Assembly: GCA_000320545.1 (NCBI GenBank)
Contig: ADNK01001280.1
Coordinates: forward strand, 1 to 64,000
Source: Bigelowiella natans CCMP2755
Taxonomy: Eukaryota; Protista; Cercozoa
Direction of reading: 5' to 3'
Length of the DNA: 64,000 bases
A program made the translations under genes and the position numbers. Position 1 is the stretch's first letter; the number at the start of each line of letters is the position of its first letter. Below are positions 27,066-41,001 of this stretch, piece by piece. The notes under the pieces were generated by a model that was given only the letters and a program-made list of their open reading frames with translations, did not search any database and was not told the DNA's origin.

Positions 27066-30000
27066 AGTGATGTTGATGGTCGCGACATCATCGATACATT
27101 TCTCATGTCAGTAACCTTTGCCGTCAAGGCTCGGAGGGCTGCAACTCTGAGATTCACAGCGTATGGACCAGTCATTTGTAAAACAGTATCTAGTGCAGAG
27201 GCAAGTAAGAGACTTGCTTGAGGACCCCACATAGCTACCCGTCGATCTGATGATATTGATGGTGATTTAAACCGGCCTTCGCGAAACATAGACGATGCAA
27301 TCCTGTACGCAGAAATCCTATTAATGTCCTCTCTATCACGTGATAGTGCTGATAGCCAAGGTAGTATGTCAATAGATGACGGCGAATTAGAATGACAACT
27401 ATTATCATTATCATCGCGACTTCTCTGTGATCCCTCGATATTATGTTGCTTTAGATCTAACTGGCCAAAGCTCCGACCCGTTTTGGTAAGAAGAGATGTC
27501 TTTGGAAACCTGTCTATTGCTGCCGATGAATGTTGATGTGAGGGCAATACTGGACAAATATTGAGCACTTGAGAGAGTGCACAGGCAGCGTAACGACGAG
27601 GTGACTTCCTCAGAAATGCGTTCGTTATTGATGGGAGCGACAAGATATTTATTAAAGCCTTTGAGTTAGCCTGTAGTTCTTTAAGAAGTTTTGGAAATGC
27701 GCATGAGGAACTGATCGTTACCAAACAACGAATTGATGCGATCTGTAATGCCAAAGGCCAAGGTTTTCCAGCATCAATTTCTACAGAGGACACGTTCTGA
27801 TCTGAGCATGCGATGAGATATGTCACTGCCTGTGTTAGATTTCCAAGAATTTCATTTAAACTTTTCGTCGATGATGATTGGGGAAGTTGCTGCTGCTTTC
27901 CCCCTAGGTGCCCAGAATCAAATTTCACGTCGTCTTCAAGAATGGTGGCTGGAACAGTATTCGTTGTCGCAACGCATGAAATCCCTAGCGGCGTTGCCCC
28001 AAATTTTAGAATACTTTCCAAGAAATGTATAATAGCAATTTGCACTGCAGGTAATGGCATTTTCCCCCCATAGTTGACATCCTGTTGTTTCAGTTTCACT
28101 ATAGACGATGGCAACGCTTCTGATAATTTGATATGCGTTGGGACATCAACCAGAGGAACCAAACGGTACACAAGAGAGACAAGCTCATTCACTGCTTCTC
28201 GCGGTATTATCGGCGTTAAGTTATCGCTGCGCCGAGATTGAAAATCAAATGCATTAGATAAAATTTGAAGTAATGTCGTAAATAGATGAAGATCAGAACC
28301 AGAAGAAGGCAGAACTCCCAAAAATCTTCGTGCTGCAGGCATCCAATTACATTTCCACATCAACTTACCATTCCGAATACCAACATCTTGATAGCATTTG
28401 ATTGTCCTTAAAGCGGATTGGCACGTGTTAAAATCATTTGCACTTGCAACTTTGTCCCAAAGTCTTTGCAGGTAGTAGTCATCCCCGCTAGCTGAAGTAC
28501 TCTGCTGATGCTTTTCCTCTGAAGCTATCATCCATTTTAATATGCGACAATTCTCATTCAAGCCTCCCTCTGTGTAATTATCCATTTCTTTGGGCCTTTC
28601 GATTAAGAACGGAAAATCAAATGAAGAATCCATTAATGATGGAATTGATACTATCGGTCCCACTCTTCGTTCTGATTTGCAATCGTCCTTTTTGATATTT
28701 TTGTATGTACGGCAATATCTATGCCAAGAAAGATGGTAATTTGGGTTTGAGATTTTGTAGGATTTTGCCCGGGTATAAATTGGGTCGAATAAAGGTGTCG
28801 AGAATGCCTCAAATGCTGCGATTTCCAAAGCCAGGAGGGCTACTGGAGCATACTTAGTGTATATCCAGGGTAATGTCAGATCAAGTAAATCAACGTTAGC
28901 CAACAACCTCGTGTTGATTCTTCTATCTTTCCTCGCAATCTCAACATCAGGAGCACAACTGACATTATCCCCAATTTTGTGATCGGCGTTGGATGCAATC
29001 GCGAGACGAAGCAACATAAGTGCTGGATGCACTAAGTCAACACTCTTTGATTCTTCACTTAGATCTCCTGTTAGAACAAAAGAATATACAGACGCACTCT
29101 CTCTCCCAGTTAAAATACGTTCAATGACAGACAGAATCTCCGCTGAACCTAGGATACTAATGAATTCAAGTCCAATATCGCCTTCCAAAATTTGGATCAG
29201 TTGAATTGCAGCTTCTCTCCTTATGTGATAATTGCGTTTATGTTCCGTAAACACCGTAACCAATTTCAAGACGTCCTGACGACTGAATGATGATAACAGG
29301 GGTGCCCCGTTAGAATTAATTGTTGTTGAAGCCGCCGCCAACCTTGTCCTTCCTTTACTACTTTTGAGATCCGTGATGTGGTGGTGGCGACCACCATTAC
29401 TGAATGGCACAGAAGAAGCTGCTGCTGCGGAGAACGAGAGTCTACGTATAGGATCTACAATAACTTCCACTTCTCTCTTATAAGTTTCTATTACTGTGAT
29501 ATCATCATTATCCTTCCGTTTCCACTTGTGAAGAAGGGAAAGTACGTGTGGTCGAATAGCACGTGATGCCGCAGCTCGGGAAGAGGGATCGCTAAGGAAC
29601 AATCCTTGCACGTGTATGTAGACCAGATCCTCGGAGCTCATTCCTTCCGTCACTATAGTCCTCAATCCCGACTTTTCAGGATAATTTCCAACACGCGCAA
29701 CTAATAGAGGTATCATAGGACGAAGAGCTTGCCTAAATAGCGGTGCGAGATTGATACTTAAAGTTTCTAGAAATTGCCAAGCTGCATGTTCTGTGTCGGC
29801 ATTTCCCAATCCGTACATTAATACGTGATAAAGAACACAGCTACTGAGGAGAAAATCAATAGCATCTGTGGCATTTGATCCTTTCAAGATTACTGGAACA
29901 AGTCCGCATAAGCTCTGAAGAGTAATCTTTTGTACTGCAAGATGATGGTGTTGAAGAAGAGAAAGAAGTACTTTTTGACATACTGTTTTTGCAGCAACAT

Positions 30001-31211
30001 CTGAAGAGGTGAGGTGGGAACATAGTCCCCTAATGACCCTTTTGAGATGGCTTACTTCATATGGTATAGCCTTTAGCATTGCAACTAAAGCTTTAAGGGG
30101 AGTGTTCTCTGGATGGTTACCATATGACTTATCGTTGTGATCGCTATTTCTGGTTGTCACATCATTTTTTTTATATTTTTTTGCAAGGCGGATTGCATGT
30201 ATAATTGTCTTGCCCTCCACGTACGCCTTGAAATGTCTTGGTGAGACTTCACGAAGGTAGTTCAATATTCTTGGTAGCAGCTCAATGCTGCAATCGCAGT
30301 CTGTATTGGGAATCTTCGTTGCAATTTCAGCTAATACTGAGGTAAGAAGCGGTAATGCCATACGATGGTGTTCGTATGATATTGATGATGATGATTTAGA
30401 TGACGACACGGAAGCCAAAGAGTGTTGTCCACATACTTTGCATTCGATTATTTTGAGGGTCAAATCAACCATTGACAACAAAGCTCGGTCACATACAAGC
30501 GAATCTGCGAAACAATACATAATAATCGTATGAAATATCACTTGTCTTACAATTTGTTTAAACAACTACCTGCACCATAATTCGATAGAATTATAGCAAG
30601 CTGCGTTAGGTACAATTCTTTACGAAGCAAATCAGATTTGACTCCATCACTCTACGTCAACAAACAAAAGCCACAATGAGTTATTGCCTTTGAGAACTCA
30701 ACTTCCCTCCTCTCTAAAATATTACCAAAGTTTTTTTGACTGTTGAAGATGCCAGAAATAAACAAGGAAAGGCGCTTTGCAAGACTGGTATCAAACCAAT
30801 GGCCCTATTCCTGACAAAACCGACATTACTGTGCTGTGTATACATTCGAATGCATTTAATAAAAAAGTGAGTTTTCCATGAATTCTATTGGTTTGATACT
30901 ACCTATTTTTCAGCATAGGAATTGCATTGAGGAAGACTAAGTGAGCAGCATATGCCAATGACAAACGATTTTCCGGCAGTAATGGGGATTTACATCTTGA
31001 AGACGAGGAATGAGAGTACGGGGGATAGCGATAATTCAAATGTTTACGAAGATTGAGTTTTGTGGATGGTTTTCTTTGTTGCTTTTCGGGCAGTATTGTA
31101 GAAAGCGGAGGATATTGGTGGGCGGAAGAATGCAATAGATTAAAAATGCGGACGAGACACGCAGAAGCCTGAAGGTAAAAAATGATAATATGGATATTTG
31201 CCCACACAAAC

Positions 31212-31283
<72 letters not shown>

Positions 31284-31805
31284 CTGCTCATTTCGCTTGT
31301 AGCATTATAAAACCTTATCGGCTGCCATAATAGAGGCGGAAACGCTTGGAGTGATTCCAGTTATAATAGATGAAGACGAAGCAGGACTAAATTGCGTCAT
31401 CGTTGCTGCTGCACTAGGTCCAGTTGGAGAAAGAGGAAATGGGTGCGTAGCGAGACCCAGAAGGGAGTGAAACAATCTAGGACACTGCAAAATAGTCTGA
31501 ATAAAGGTGCAAAGGTTACTGCATTGGCAGCCAATAGTGTGATGTTACGATTTCGATTAGTGCAGGTATGAACCTCTGGAGGATAGTCAGCTGTTATAAT
31601 GTGCAATACTGAAGCACATGCTCGATGAACAAGGGAGGCGTGCCGTGTGCGTAGCTTGATACTGATGCAAAAGTAATACCTCACAAAACATACTTTGTCA
31701 CACATACACCAAAAGACACAAATAAATGATGTACTCTAACAAACGAACAAATACACCAAACACACACATACACATACAAACACACGCGATTACGCGCGCG
31801 CGTAC

Positions 31806-31844
<39 letters not shown>

Positions 31845-33347
31845 ATATTTAAATAATAATCATAAATTAGATTAAAATATTGGTGGAGCTACGATGTAGG
31901 GAATTGCAGAGAAATTACCTCGCATCGAACAAAAATCTTGAATCATCTTGTGTTAACGCTACCTGATTTAACAAAATTGCTCGTTTCAATTGTGTTTGGA
32001 AAATTAATTTACTACTTAAAACACACCCAAAGATACATACCTCAGGAAAACAAAAGCTATGTTTGAAGTGGATGGCCTAAAACATTATCAAACACTGAGA
32101 CAGAAGTAAGGAATCTCGAGGTGAACATTGCAACTGCCTGCTGCATAAACCCCACGTACTTCCCTAGTTTCGTCATATAAAGCGCATTTTGATACCCGTA
32201 TTATTTCCCCTAATCGGTGGCTTGTGTCCGGATCAGCTGCTACCTGTGATTATTATAATTTTTGTTCTTGAATCAACGAATCGCAATGTATGATGATTGA
32301 AGTATAAAAGAGTGAGAAAAAGCATATACCTTCATTACTAGATTTGCATGATTCTCCTTTTTGTTTCCAAAAGGGTCCGGTATAGTCTATTGTATAGGAA
32401 AGTTAACTGTATGGAATCTAAGGGCCCGATATAGTCTATTGTATAGCAAAGTTAACTAAATGGAATCTACAAGCTAGGCCATTGTACCTCGTCAACTGAT
32501 GAATTCAGTACCCTCTGTTCAACAATGTGCTGTTGCACGTTATTTATAACTTTGAAGACAGTGTCCCGTCTACACTGTCTTCGCTCTTCAGGATGGGGGT
32601 TGCTATAAGTGGATTCAGGGGAGTTCTGCGGAGAGTTGCGTTGTTTAATTTGTTTAATATCTGGTATTGAGGACTTAAGGGCCTTATGAAAGTTTTCAAA
32701 TTCAGGTAGCCAAGTCTTTCCAGTTCCGGCATACCTATTTGTTCCATTATCACAAAATTTATTTGCTCGAATTAGCGGCATAAATGCATTTTACAAAGTG
32801 AATTTTTGCATTAATATACTTACTTTAAGAGCAGATGTTGATTGCATGCGATGCCTCCACCCCTCGCATATGCCTCAGAAAACGCCTTAAGAAAACACAA
32901 CTTCAAAATCATCGGTAACCCTTCAAATTATCTAACGATCTATTTTTTACCGGATCACTATCATTGAGATTTTGAATGAACTCCACAACATCTGCGACTT
33001 CCTCAGGACCAACAGCAGGAACCATCTGGAAAAGTATTTATGTATGATGAGCATCCTGCAAGATCGTTTGCGAGAAGAGGAAGCTGAGATATCTCTTACC
33101 TTAACTATACTAAGCATAAAGTCCAAATTTTTGGAAGCAATACTAGCCTGAGAAAGAATATGTGCTTAACAACTTGCGGAAGTGTTCACGCGTGTGTTCT
33201 CACCTCCATCAGGCCATGCTTGAGCTTGAATTTCAGGCTCTTGAGGGCTGCATGCCGAGTACTTTGAAGTCGATGTTGAAGTTTGTCGAAGAGAATTTTA
33301 TGTTTAGTTGAAATCACTCTACATGAATTTGAATCTCTCTTCAGCAT
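23075..33347 (-). CDS. RTTN: Rotatin-like large ARM/HEAT centriole/basal-body protein; multi-exon with one ~5.8 kb exon
   Basis: First exon LFDKLQHRLQSTRHAALKSLKFKLKHGL matches the rotatin N-terminal motif (KLxHxLxxxRxxALxxIxxK); >2400 aa of helical-repeat sequence; C-terminal LLRNLSF...LWSCIHDNQK segment. Confidence 0.75.
32371..32469. repeat. Imperfect ~49-bp tandem duplication at an intron/exon junction of the rotatin-like gene
   Basis: ggg.ccg.tatagtctattgtatag.aaagttaact..atggaatcta occurs twice. Confidence 0.8.
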
Positions 33348-33479
33348 GTTGAATGTGAGTTGTGGGGAGAGGATGTAGTAGTCATAAACACCTTCCCGCC
33401 AAAATACTTCGCACCTCAAAATCAAGCTCATTTTCCAAGTGCGACATGAAAATCAACAACATAGAATGATTGCCAGCTG

Positions 33480-35990
33480 ACTCTAATGATGATGCTTTTG
33501 TCTTGCAACGTGACATCCATGGGATGCGGCTGATTTTTTGTGTCTCTCACCAACAGGGTGCTGACAAGTCCTTGCAACGAGTGTTGTTGAGGCTCTGCTG
33601 CGTGCAAATGCCTGTCTCCCATGTGGTTCTGGCGCATGTAGTTTTGATCAACGCTTTCTTCATTGTTCATTGTTCATCCATGTCATTTTGGAAACGTGGT
33701 TCTTTGTCATTGTTCATTGTTCATTGCACACTGCAAACGTCTTGTTGCATTTTGGAAATGCAGTTCTTTGTCATTGTTCATTGTTCATTGTTCATGGACA
33801 TTGACCGAAGTTTTGCTGGGTGCCCCCTCGGATGATCCGAACGTGAATCATCGTGTGGATGTGATGCTTCAGGAAGTTCCTTCTCAGAGCAGATGCCTTG
33901 CGTCGCTGCCACGTTGCTGCTAGTTGTGTTGTTCCACATCAGCTGGATTGCCAATTTGAAAAAACGATGCTGGTTTGTTGCTGGTTGGTCCTCACTGAAG
34001 CTGGTTCGAGGCACTGCGTTTCGCACACTGCAAGTGTCTTGCAACATTTTGGAAATCCAGTTCATCATCATTGTTCATTGTTTTGTTCAGCGTGTCCCTG
34101 CTGCAGCGCATCCAGCTTGTTGGAGTGCTTGCAGCACACCTTGTTGGATTGTCGAATGGACACGAGTCTTGAACGTGAATCTTGTCCCATGATTTTTCAA
34201 CTGCTCCGATGGAAACACTTCTTTCTTTCGATCTTTTTTTCTTGGTTGACACTGCCAAGCTTGTGGCGCGCAAGGTGTGCACACGCTGCGCGCAACAAGA
34301 TGCCCAGCTGTGAGAACGGGGCAATCAGCGTGTTCACGTCAGCGATCGCAAGTTCCACCCAAGTTCTAGAAAGTCTTGCTCGCAAGAACTCTTCTTCTTC
34401 TTCTTCTTCTTCTTCTTCTTCTTCTTTCCTTCCTTTTTCACTTTGTGACACCGATGGCAATGAGCAAGCTAGCAAGCTAGCAAGTCAGAGCAGCGGTGGG
34501 GATTGTGATCACCCTCTTTGTCTGCGAGTGTTTGCCCCAGCAGGCTGGCAGGGATCGAGCACCCGTGTCAACTTGTTGGGTGCGCTGAGAACTGCCTTGA
34601 AAGTTCCGCTTTTCCAGGTGCTTGAGGCACACGTTTGCAAAAGACCTTGTTGTGATGTTCAAACGAACACGAACTTTCAACTGCAAGTGATGCACACTGT
34701 GTCTAGTGTGTCCATGGTGACTTGAAGACTTGATGATGCGGTTTGTGCGGAATCACATTGGGTGTTCCACCTGTGGAAGAGGAAGAGGATCTGGGAGAAC
34801 ACCTGCATGGCAACGTTCAAGCCACAGAAGGCACGATTGCGACGTGATGGCGGTGGCGGACATGCATGTCAGGACGGCAGACCAGCCCCAGAGCCGGTGC
34901 ATTTCCCCCAAAACTGATGAGAACCTTGAGAATCCAGAATCAGGGATGCCAGATGGCTGGATGGTTTCATTCGTGCAGTGGGTGAGATGTCCAGCTAGCC
35001 AGGTCCGCAGACGAGCTAGCAGAGCTAGAGAGGTGCACGTGCGGTGCACTTTGCTTGCTGGCTTGCTTCGAGTGGCGGCAGCGAGAGACGAGAGCACGAC
35101 AGCTGGCATGGTGCATGTTTTTTTCAACAGAAAGGCGCAATTCATGCGGGTGTGCGTGCACAATGTCAAAATTGCGGTTTCTGCACTCAACATGCTGGCA
35201 TGACCAGATGAGTGCCGATGAACAAAACACAACTCGGTCAAACCCGGTGACACTTGGCTGCAGCGCAAAAGGCGAGTTGTGCGCGTGCGCGCAGCGCTTC
35301 ACATTGATGAGTGTGATCACAGAACACAACACTCTGGATCTGCAGCTTGGCCGAGCGTTGAAATGCAACTTTTGACCGAGAAACGACCAGAATGTGACGT
35401 GTCATTTTCGAAGGCCCAAAACGCTGTTTTTGCGAAAAATGCAAGAAGTTTGGCAAGAGTCACAAGCAACATGTGCAGCGCTGCAGCAGTGTTTTGAATG
35501 CGCAAGCGCACAAGCACATCGTGTGCACACGCTGACCACCACATGCACACGAAAATCCCAGCTGCGTGCATGCGAATATGTCTCACTTTCTCACCACGCA
35601 CTGATCGAAGCTTCAAATCGCTTTCAAAAGCTCACACTTGCTCAAACACAGAATTTGTTGCAGGTTTGACCGAGCTGTGAAATCGTGCAAGCCGAATGAT
35701 GCATGGGAGGCAATTGAGCGACATTTTTGCCACGCATTCAAATGATGGTCGGATTGACTGTTGCGATGACAATCAAGCAAGATTGGTGTGACTAGCAATG
35801 CAATGCGCAGCGCAGCAGCGCGCAAAATGCACATGCGCGCTGAAATTGGCACGATGATATGGCTGCACATTGCAACAGCTCACTCAATGAATGTCCAGCG
35901 ATGCAAGATGCGAAATCAAATCAAGTGAACTGTGTTCCTGAGTGCATTGCATGTGCACATCCAGGTGCTCCCTTCTTCGATTGATCACTT
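33480..35990. other. TpA-free hypermutated block (decayed gene or transposon relic of unknown origin)
   Basis: 33661-35980 has about 11 TpA by manual count, 9 in CTAG; former (TTA/TAT)-type runs appear as cattgttcattgtt; contains ~60-bp internal repeats. Confidence 0.85.
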
Positions 35991-36097
35991 TGCTAAAATT
36001 TTTGTTCCCATGAACAATTTTAGAGGAGACGCACAAGCAACCAAATAACACATTATTTCAACTTCGTCAGAGTAAATTGCAGGTTCCTTCGCTGTTG

Positions 36098-37044
36098 TCA
36101 ATCATTTCGTTGGATACCAGAACTTCCGACAAAAATCTGGACAACTCCGGCCAATAATATACTTCCACCCACTAAACAAAGATCATATCGATTGATCATA
36201 ATATGAAAATGAATTGCGAGTGAAAAGTCAATAATATTTTCAGCACGGCAATGATTTCTGTCATAATTATTGTACACAGGATGATATCTGGATCTAGCTG
36301 CAAAAACTAAAAAGAAAGAATCCCATTTTAAGCACATACATAAGGCCGTTCGAAATTGCAGAGGTAAAAATGGCCCAACGAGCGACATCATAGCAGTGGT
36401 GAAACTCCTCCACATTGTAAACGAAGCAAATGCACTGAGGAAAACAACAAATCACCAATCATCTAATGAACATGTAAATATTTACGAACAGCATCAGCAT
36501 TGGTTCTCACTACTGTCTAACTACGGAATAAGCATAGTCTTCAATCTCATATAACATATACCACCTCCATTACTAGTGACCTTTGGCTCTCGCGATCTTG
36601 GAATAGTTCGGCGATAATTGATGGGGTGACAGTCATCCTGATCACCATAAATACCGCAAGAGTCGTCATAATCATAGACATAGTAATTATCATAATACTT
36701 GTTATAATTATAATAATCCGGACATAATATTCACATTGTGATAAAACGTAAGGGGGGGAAAGAGAAAAATAGAGAAATAAGTAAATTGAAAATGAACTAC
36801 CATACAGCGTCCGCAATCCCCAATAATATTGCCCATAGGAAAATGAAAGCTGTAGAGAGAGATAGAGATAGAGATAGAGATAGAGAGAGAGAGAGAGAGA
36901 GATTAATGAGTAAACTAACAGAAACCAATCAACCCAATAGGCAATCGCAGGAGTTTATAAATTATTTTACTTAATCTAAAAAAAAAGAATTTGGTTGCGA
37001 GTATGTAGTAAAACGGTATATGTGATGTGTATTTGTGTGTGTGT

Positions 37045-37093
<49 letters not shown>

Positions 37094-37946
37094 CTATATG
37101 TGCTCGTCGTGCATGCATATGATTGCGTCGATGGCGAAGTGCTTAAGCATTATCATGAACGCAATGAGCTCTTCAATTTCCCCAGATTTTTATAACAAGT
37201 TGCCGTTATTCTACTACTGTGCAAGTTAGTATTTGGGAATTAACCCTGACCATATGCATTGCTATCTCTGTTGCCGGGGACACCGATGATACTGACCATC
37301 AAAACTGGAATCTGATGACAAAGAAATGAAAAACTATGGTTGAAATAATAACAATATCAAGTTTCGAGTACGCAGCATGTATAGGAAAATTGATTTGATA
37401 AAAGATGGATACTTAAAAAAAACTGTTCGAAGTGCGTGTGCGCACCATGTTGATAAGAAATCCTCCGTATAAAATAGGTACACGCCCAATCCTGTCCGAC
37501 ATGGATCCAAAGATATACGATCCTAACAGAGGTGATATCACCAAGCAGGCAGCAGGGAACATCATCATCATCAACCCTAGTCTATTACTACTACTACTAC
37601 TACTTTCTATTATAGTAGAGTATTGCTCACTAGTGAGTGAACTTTCGTACCAACTGCATCAAATGCCGCACTTGTTGACATAACGTATCCTACCCATTCC
37701 TTTTAACGATTTGAATAAGTCATTCATCAATGGAGATGGGAAGGAAAACCAATATTGACTCGAGACGATAAGGGTAAATGTTAGAGTAGTAGTTTCGTCG
37801 TCGTCGTCGTTGGTGTCACAGTGTACACGTGCGTGGATGCTTGCATGAATTAAAGCATGCATTTACAGACAACCTTTCCCAATGCTGGTGTAATCACATC
37901 TCCTGTTAATGTGGTCCATAAATATCCTGATATAAAAGAAGAAGAA

Positions 37947-37978
<32 letters not shown>

Positions 37979-40900
37979 AAGAGAAAAGGAAATAATGATG
38001 AGGAGACGTGAGTACGCCTAGTTTTTGTGTATCGTAATAATCATTTCCCTCCATTTTTATCATACATAATAGCTGACACGACGACAACGAAAGAGCAGAC
38101 GATGCCAGAGATGTTTAGCTATTGTTGTAGCCATTTGAGTAGTAGTGACGATATTACCCTGATTGCAACCGCAGAGGATGAATAAAGCCAGAAGACATTT
38201 CAACTTTTTCTCCCTACGAGCACATCGTAGACAAGAATTCGTTCAGAGTAGAGTTGGCAGTCACAACCTAAGCCTCTGTCGCCAAGTCTCGCCAGACAGA
38301 TAACCTAGCATTTTCCTCCCCCCCCTCCTTCTCCCCCTCCTCCTCCTCCGCCACCACCACCACCACCGCCGCCGCCGCTTCCACGTACCGATGGAGATCT
38401 TTTAGCTCTACAACGGACTCGCATAGAGTACTACTGTCGAGAATATATTAGATAAACGATTGGGTTGAATGATGATGTATCCATGCATGTGAAATTAATC
38501 ACACTAGAAAGAAAGAGTACTTAGATTTTATGGTAAATATTTTATAAATACTTCTCTCTTATCCAAATTGAAATGACATAGCTGCTGTCCTCAATGGCCA
38601 CAACATAAAATGACGACATAAAGTAGACTAACAAATTAAAAACGGCGCCACACACGCACTTATTACTGCCTATCACCTCCTCTGCATTTGTTCTTCTTCC
38701 GCCATTCTCGACGAAGTTGTATTCGTTGTACGGGGGAGGGATAACAAGGTAAGAAAGCCACCAGCACTGGCCGCTGCCAAAACGATGAATAGTAGCAACG
38801 GGGATGCTCCAGATGATAACAATGCCTTCATTATTTGAATTTGTCAGTATGTATTATTGCAGGTATATAGTTACGACGACCAACACTCATTTTCAGATTA
38901 TGATGATACCGAGGAGCCTAGATTCATCGCGCAATTTGCCGTTTGCAAAAACACCAAAACGATGCCATTGACAAATCCTAGTGAATTTTGAGTTTTCTCA
39001 CACTCATCATCCTTATCGTCCTCATTGATGATCCCTCTGAGTAGTATCGTCATTTTCATGTAAACAACAAGAATACAGTGCTAGGCAGCAATGGCATCGT
39101 TCTGCTACTTTGTTGTGCACCACAAGAGTTGATATCGATGCAGTGTCAAGCGCTGCAGTCACTTCGAAATACATTAACAGAAGGGAAATTACAAATGACA
39201 ATCATTGATGTTGATTAATTTATTGATCATGAGAACACTGATAATTATAATAATAGAAACGTCAAAAAAGTCAGAAAAGGAGTATTGATATAACTACGGT
39301 CATATTAGCATTATGATATTTGATAAAATATTTATCTTCGTGTTGTTTTTCCCACTGGGTTGATGTTGTTCCTGGTTCTTGTTGTTGGTTGTGTTTTTGC
39401 TGCTGTGAAGAGTCTCTGTATGCATCAACAGCTCTGGAGACTCTTGTCGCATAAAGCCCTTCGGCTGTCCACAACAAGCACGCACCCATCCCTACTAATG
39501 CGCTGAAAAGGATGATGGATGATTTTTTACTCTGAGAGAGATAATTCAACGAACAAAAGGCCACTCGCAAATATTGCTCTACCACATATTGTTACTACAG
39601 TAGCTTCATTACCTGGGAGGTAGTAGGATCACATAATTGATAACGCTAAAAATAATATATGGAATTACGGATGGTACAGAAGACAAATGTCACAAACTTT
39701 TAGTACATTGGAAAATTTTATTTTGTTAGGACCAGAAGTATCAATACTTATAATCTCTAATGTTAAAATCTTAGCTCATTGACTGATGACCACATTGATT
39801 CGCTTCTAGCAATTACATAGATAACATGGATATCTACTGCTGATGTTTAAGTCTTAACCCCCCAAAACAAAAAGGCTAGGTTAATTTTCATGATGGACTA
39901 CTTTGGAATAGACTTGATCCCGAGGAGTACATTTGCAATTTGGAATACTGTGTACGTCAGTCCCCCCGCCACGAGGGCCGTCTAAACGGGTGATTTAGTA
40001 AAATGATGCACAGATTCATCATAAGAGCATGACCGTCCGTGACCAAAAAATGAATAAATGGGAGAGAAAGAATGAGAGAGAGCATAGAATTGAGATTTAT
40101 TCAGTCTTCAATAGGTCGACGATTGAGAAGAGGGAGGAAGTAAGTCACTTTGAGAGAGTAAAAATTTGGTATTGAAAGTAGTTCGGCGAGCTTTTCGAAA
40201 AAGGTTGACGCAGTTGGTTATAAAAGAACTAAATAGAAGGAAGGTACCCCACACAAATCATCCATCGCTGGTAAATATAATAAGTGTATCAGCACCTTGG
40301 GTCCTTTAAAGTATCTCACCACAAACGGTGCAACGGGACCAAAACAGGCCATGAAGAAGTACAATACAGCTAAGAAATTAGCCAAACGAATATCAACAAC
40401 GACCGATTCCAGACGAGCTGCACTTGCATAGAGAAGAACATTTTTAACACTGTAAATATCTCGTTTTTATAGGAATATAACAAACTATACCGATTGAGTA
40501 GTATCCCAGAGTGCCATTTAAGCTAGTAAGGAGATTTTGCGTCGGCATGAGAGCAGCAAACATGAGAAAGAACTAATGGCAAAACGAATATTAGTATATA
40601 AATCACTGCTCTGGGATCCATTACAGCTGGTGAAAAGCGGGAACCAGCCAGCTTCATTTAACAAACATGTGCTTAAATGTGAACAGATTCTGTGGTATTG
40701 GCCCTGACGTAGTATCAAAATGGAGACATACAAAGCTCTTTGTACTACTACTACCACCACTACTACTACTACTACTACTCACCGCAATTCCCAAATGGTA
40801 TGCCGGACAGAAGGTAGCTCTCGGAACCATGGGCGATGGAGGCTTTAATGGGGAATATGGGTCACCACCAGGATGGGCACTTTTCAAATCTTGATCCGGA

Positions 40901-41001
40901 TAACGTTGTCTGCCGCTATTTAGGAGCGATGATGCCGCCGTTGACACATAGTAACGATCTTCATTTTCATTGTTCTGGTCCTTTTCATTTGAAAAAACCA
41001 T
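36098..41001 (-). CDS. UNC-93-like / MFS membrane protein, multi-exon
   Basis: SALVGMGACLLWTAEGLY (UNC-93 GxGAxxLWxAxGxY motif, ~39450-39510), MFS loop motif FGSMSDRIGRVP (~37480-37515), and many TM exons. Confidence 0.8.

Noticed and set aside
24518-30565. 2015-aa ORF as a standalone intronless gene
   Set aside because: Both ends run into intronic sequence, including a (GA)n tract; it is the large internal exon of the rotatin-like gene.
33428-35870. Many overlapping 60-275 aa ORFs on both strands, rich in Cys/His
   Set aside because: Loss of TpA removes TAA/TAG stops and turns Tyr codons into Cys/His; no coherent domain, so these are artefacts of the scar.
33661-35980. CpG-methylation decay or fungal-type RIP as the cause of TG/CA richness
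   Set aside because: CG is plentiful and TA is what is missing; C-to-T processes would raise TA rather than remove it.
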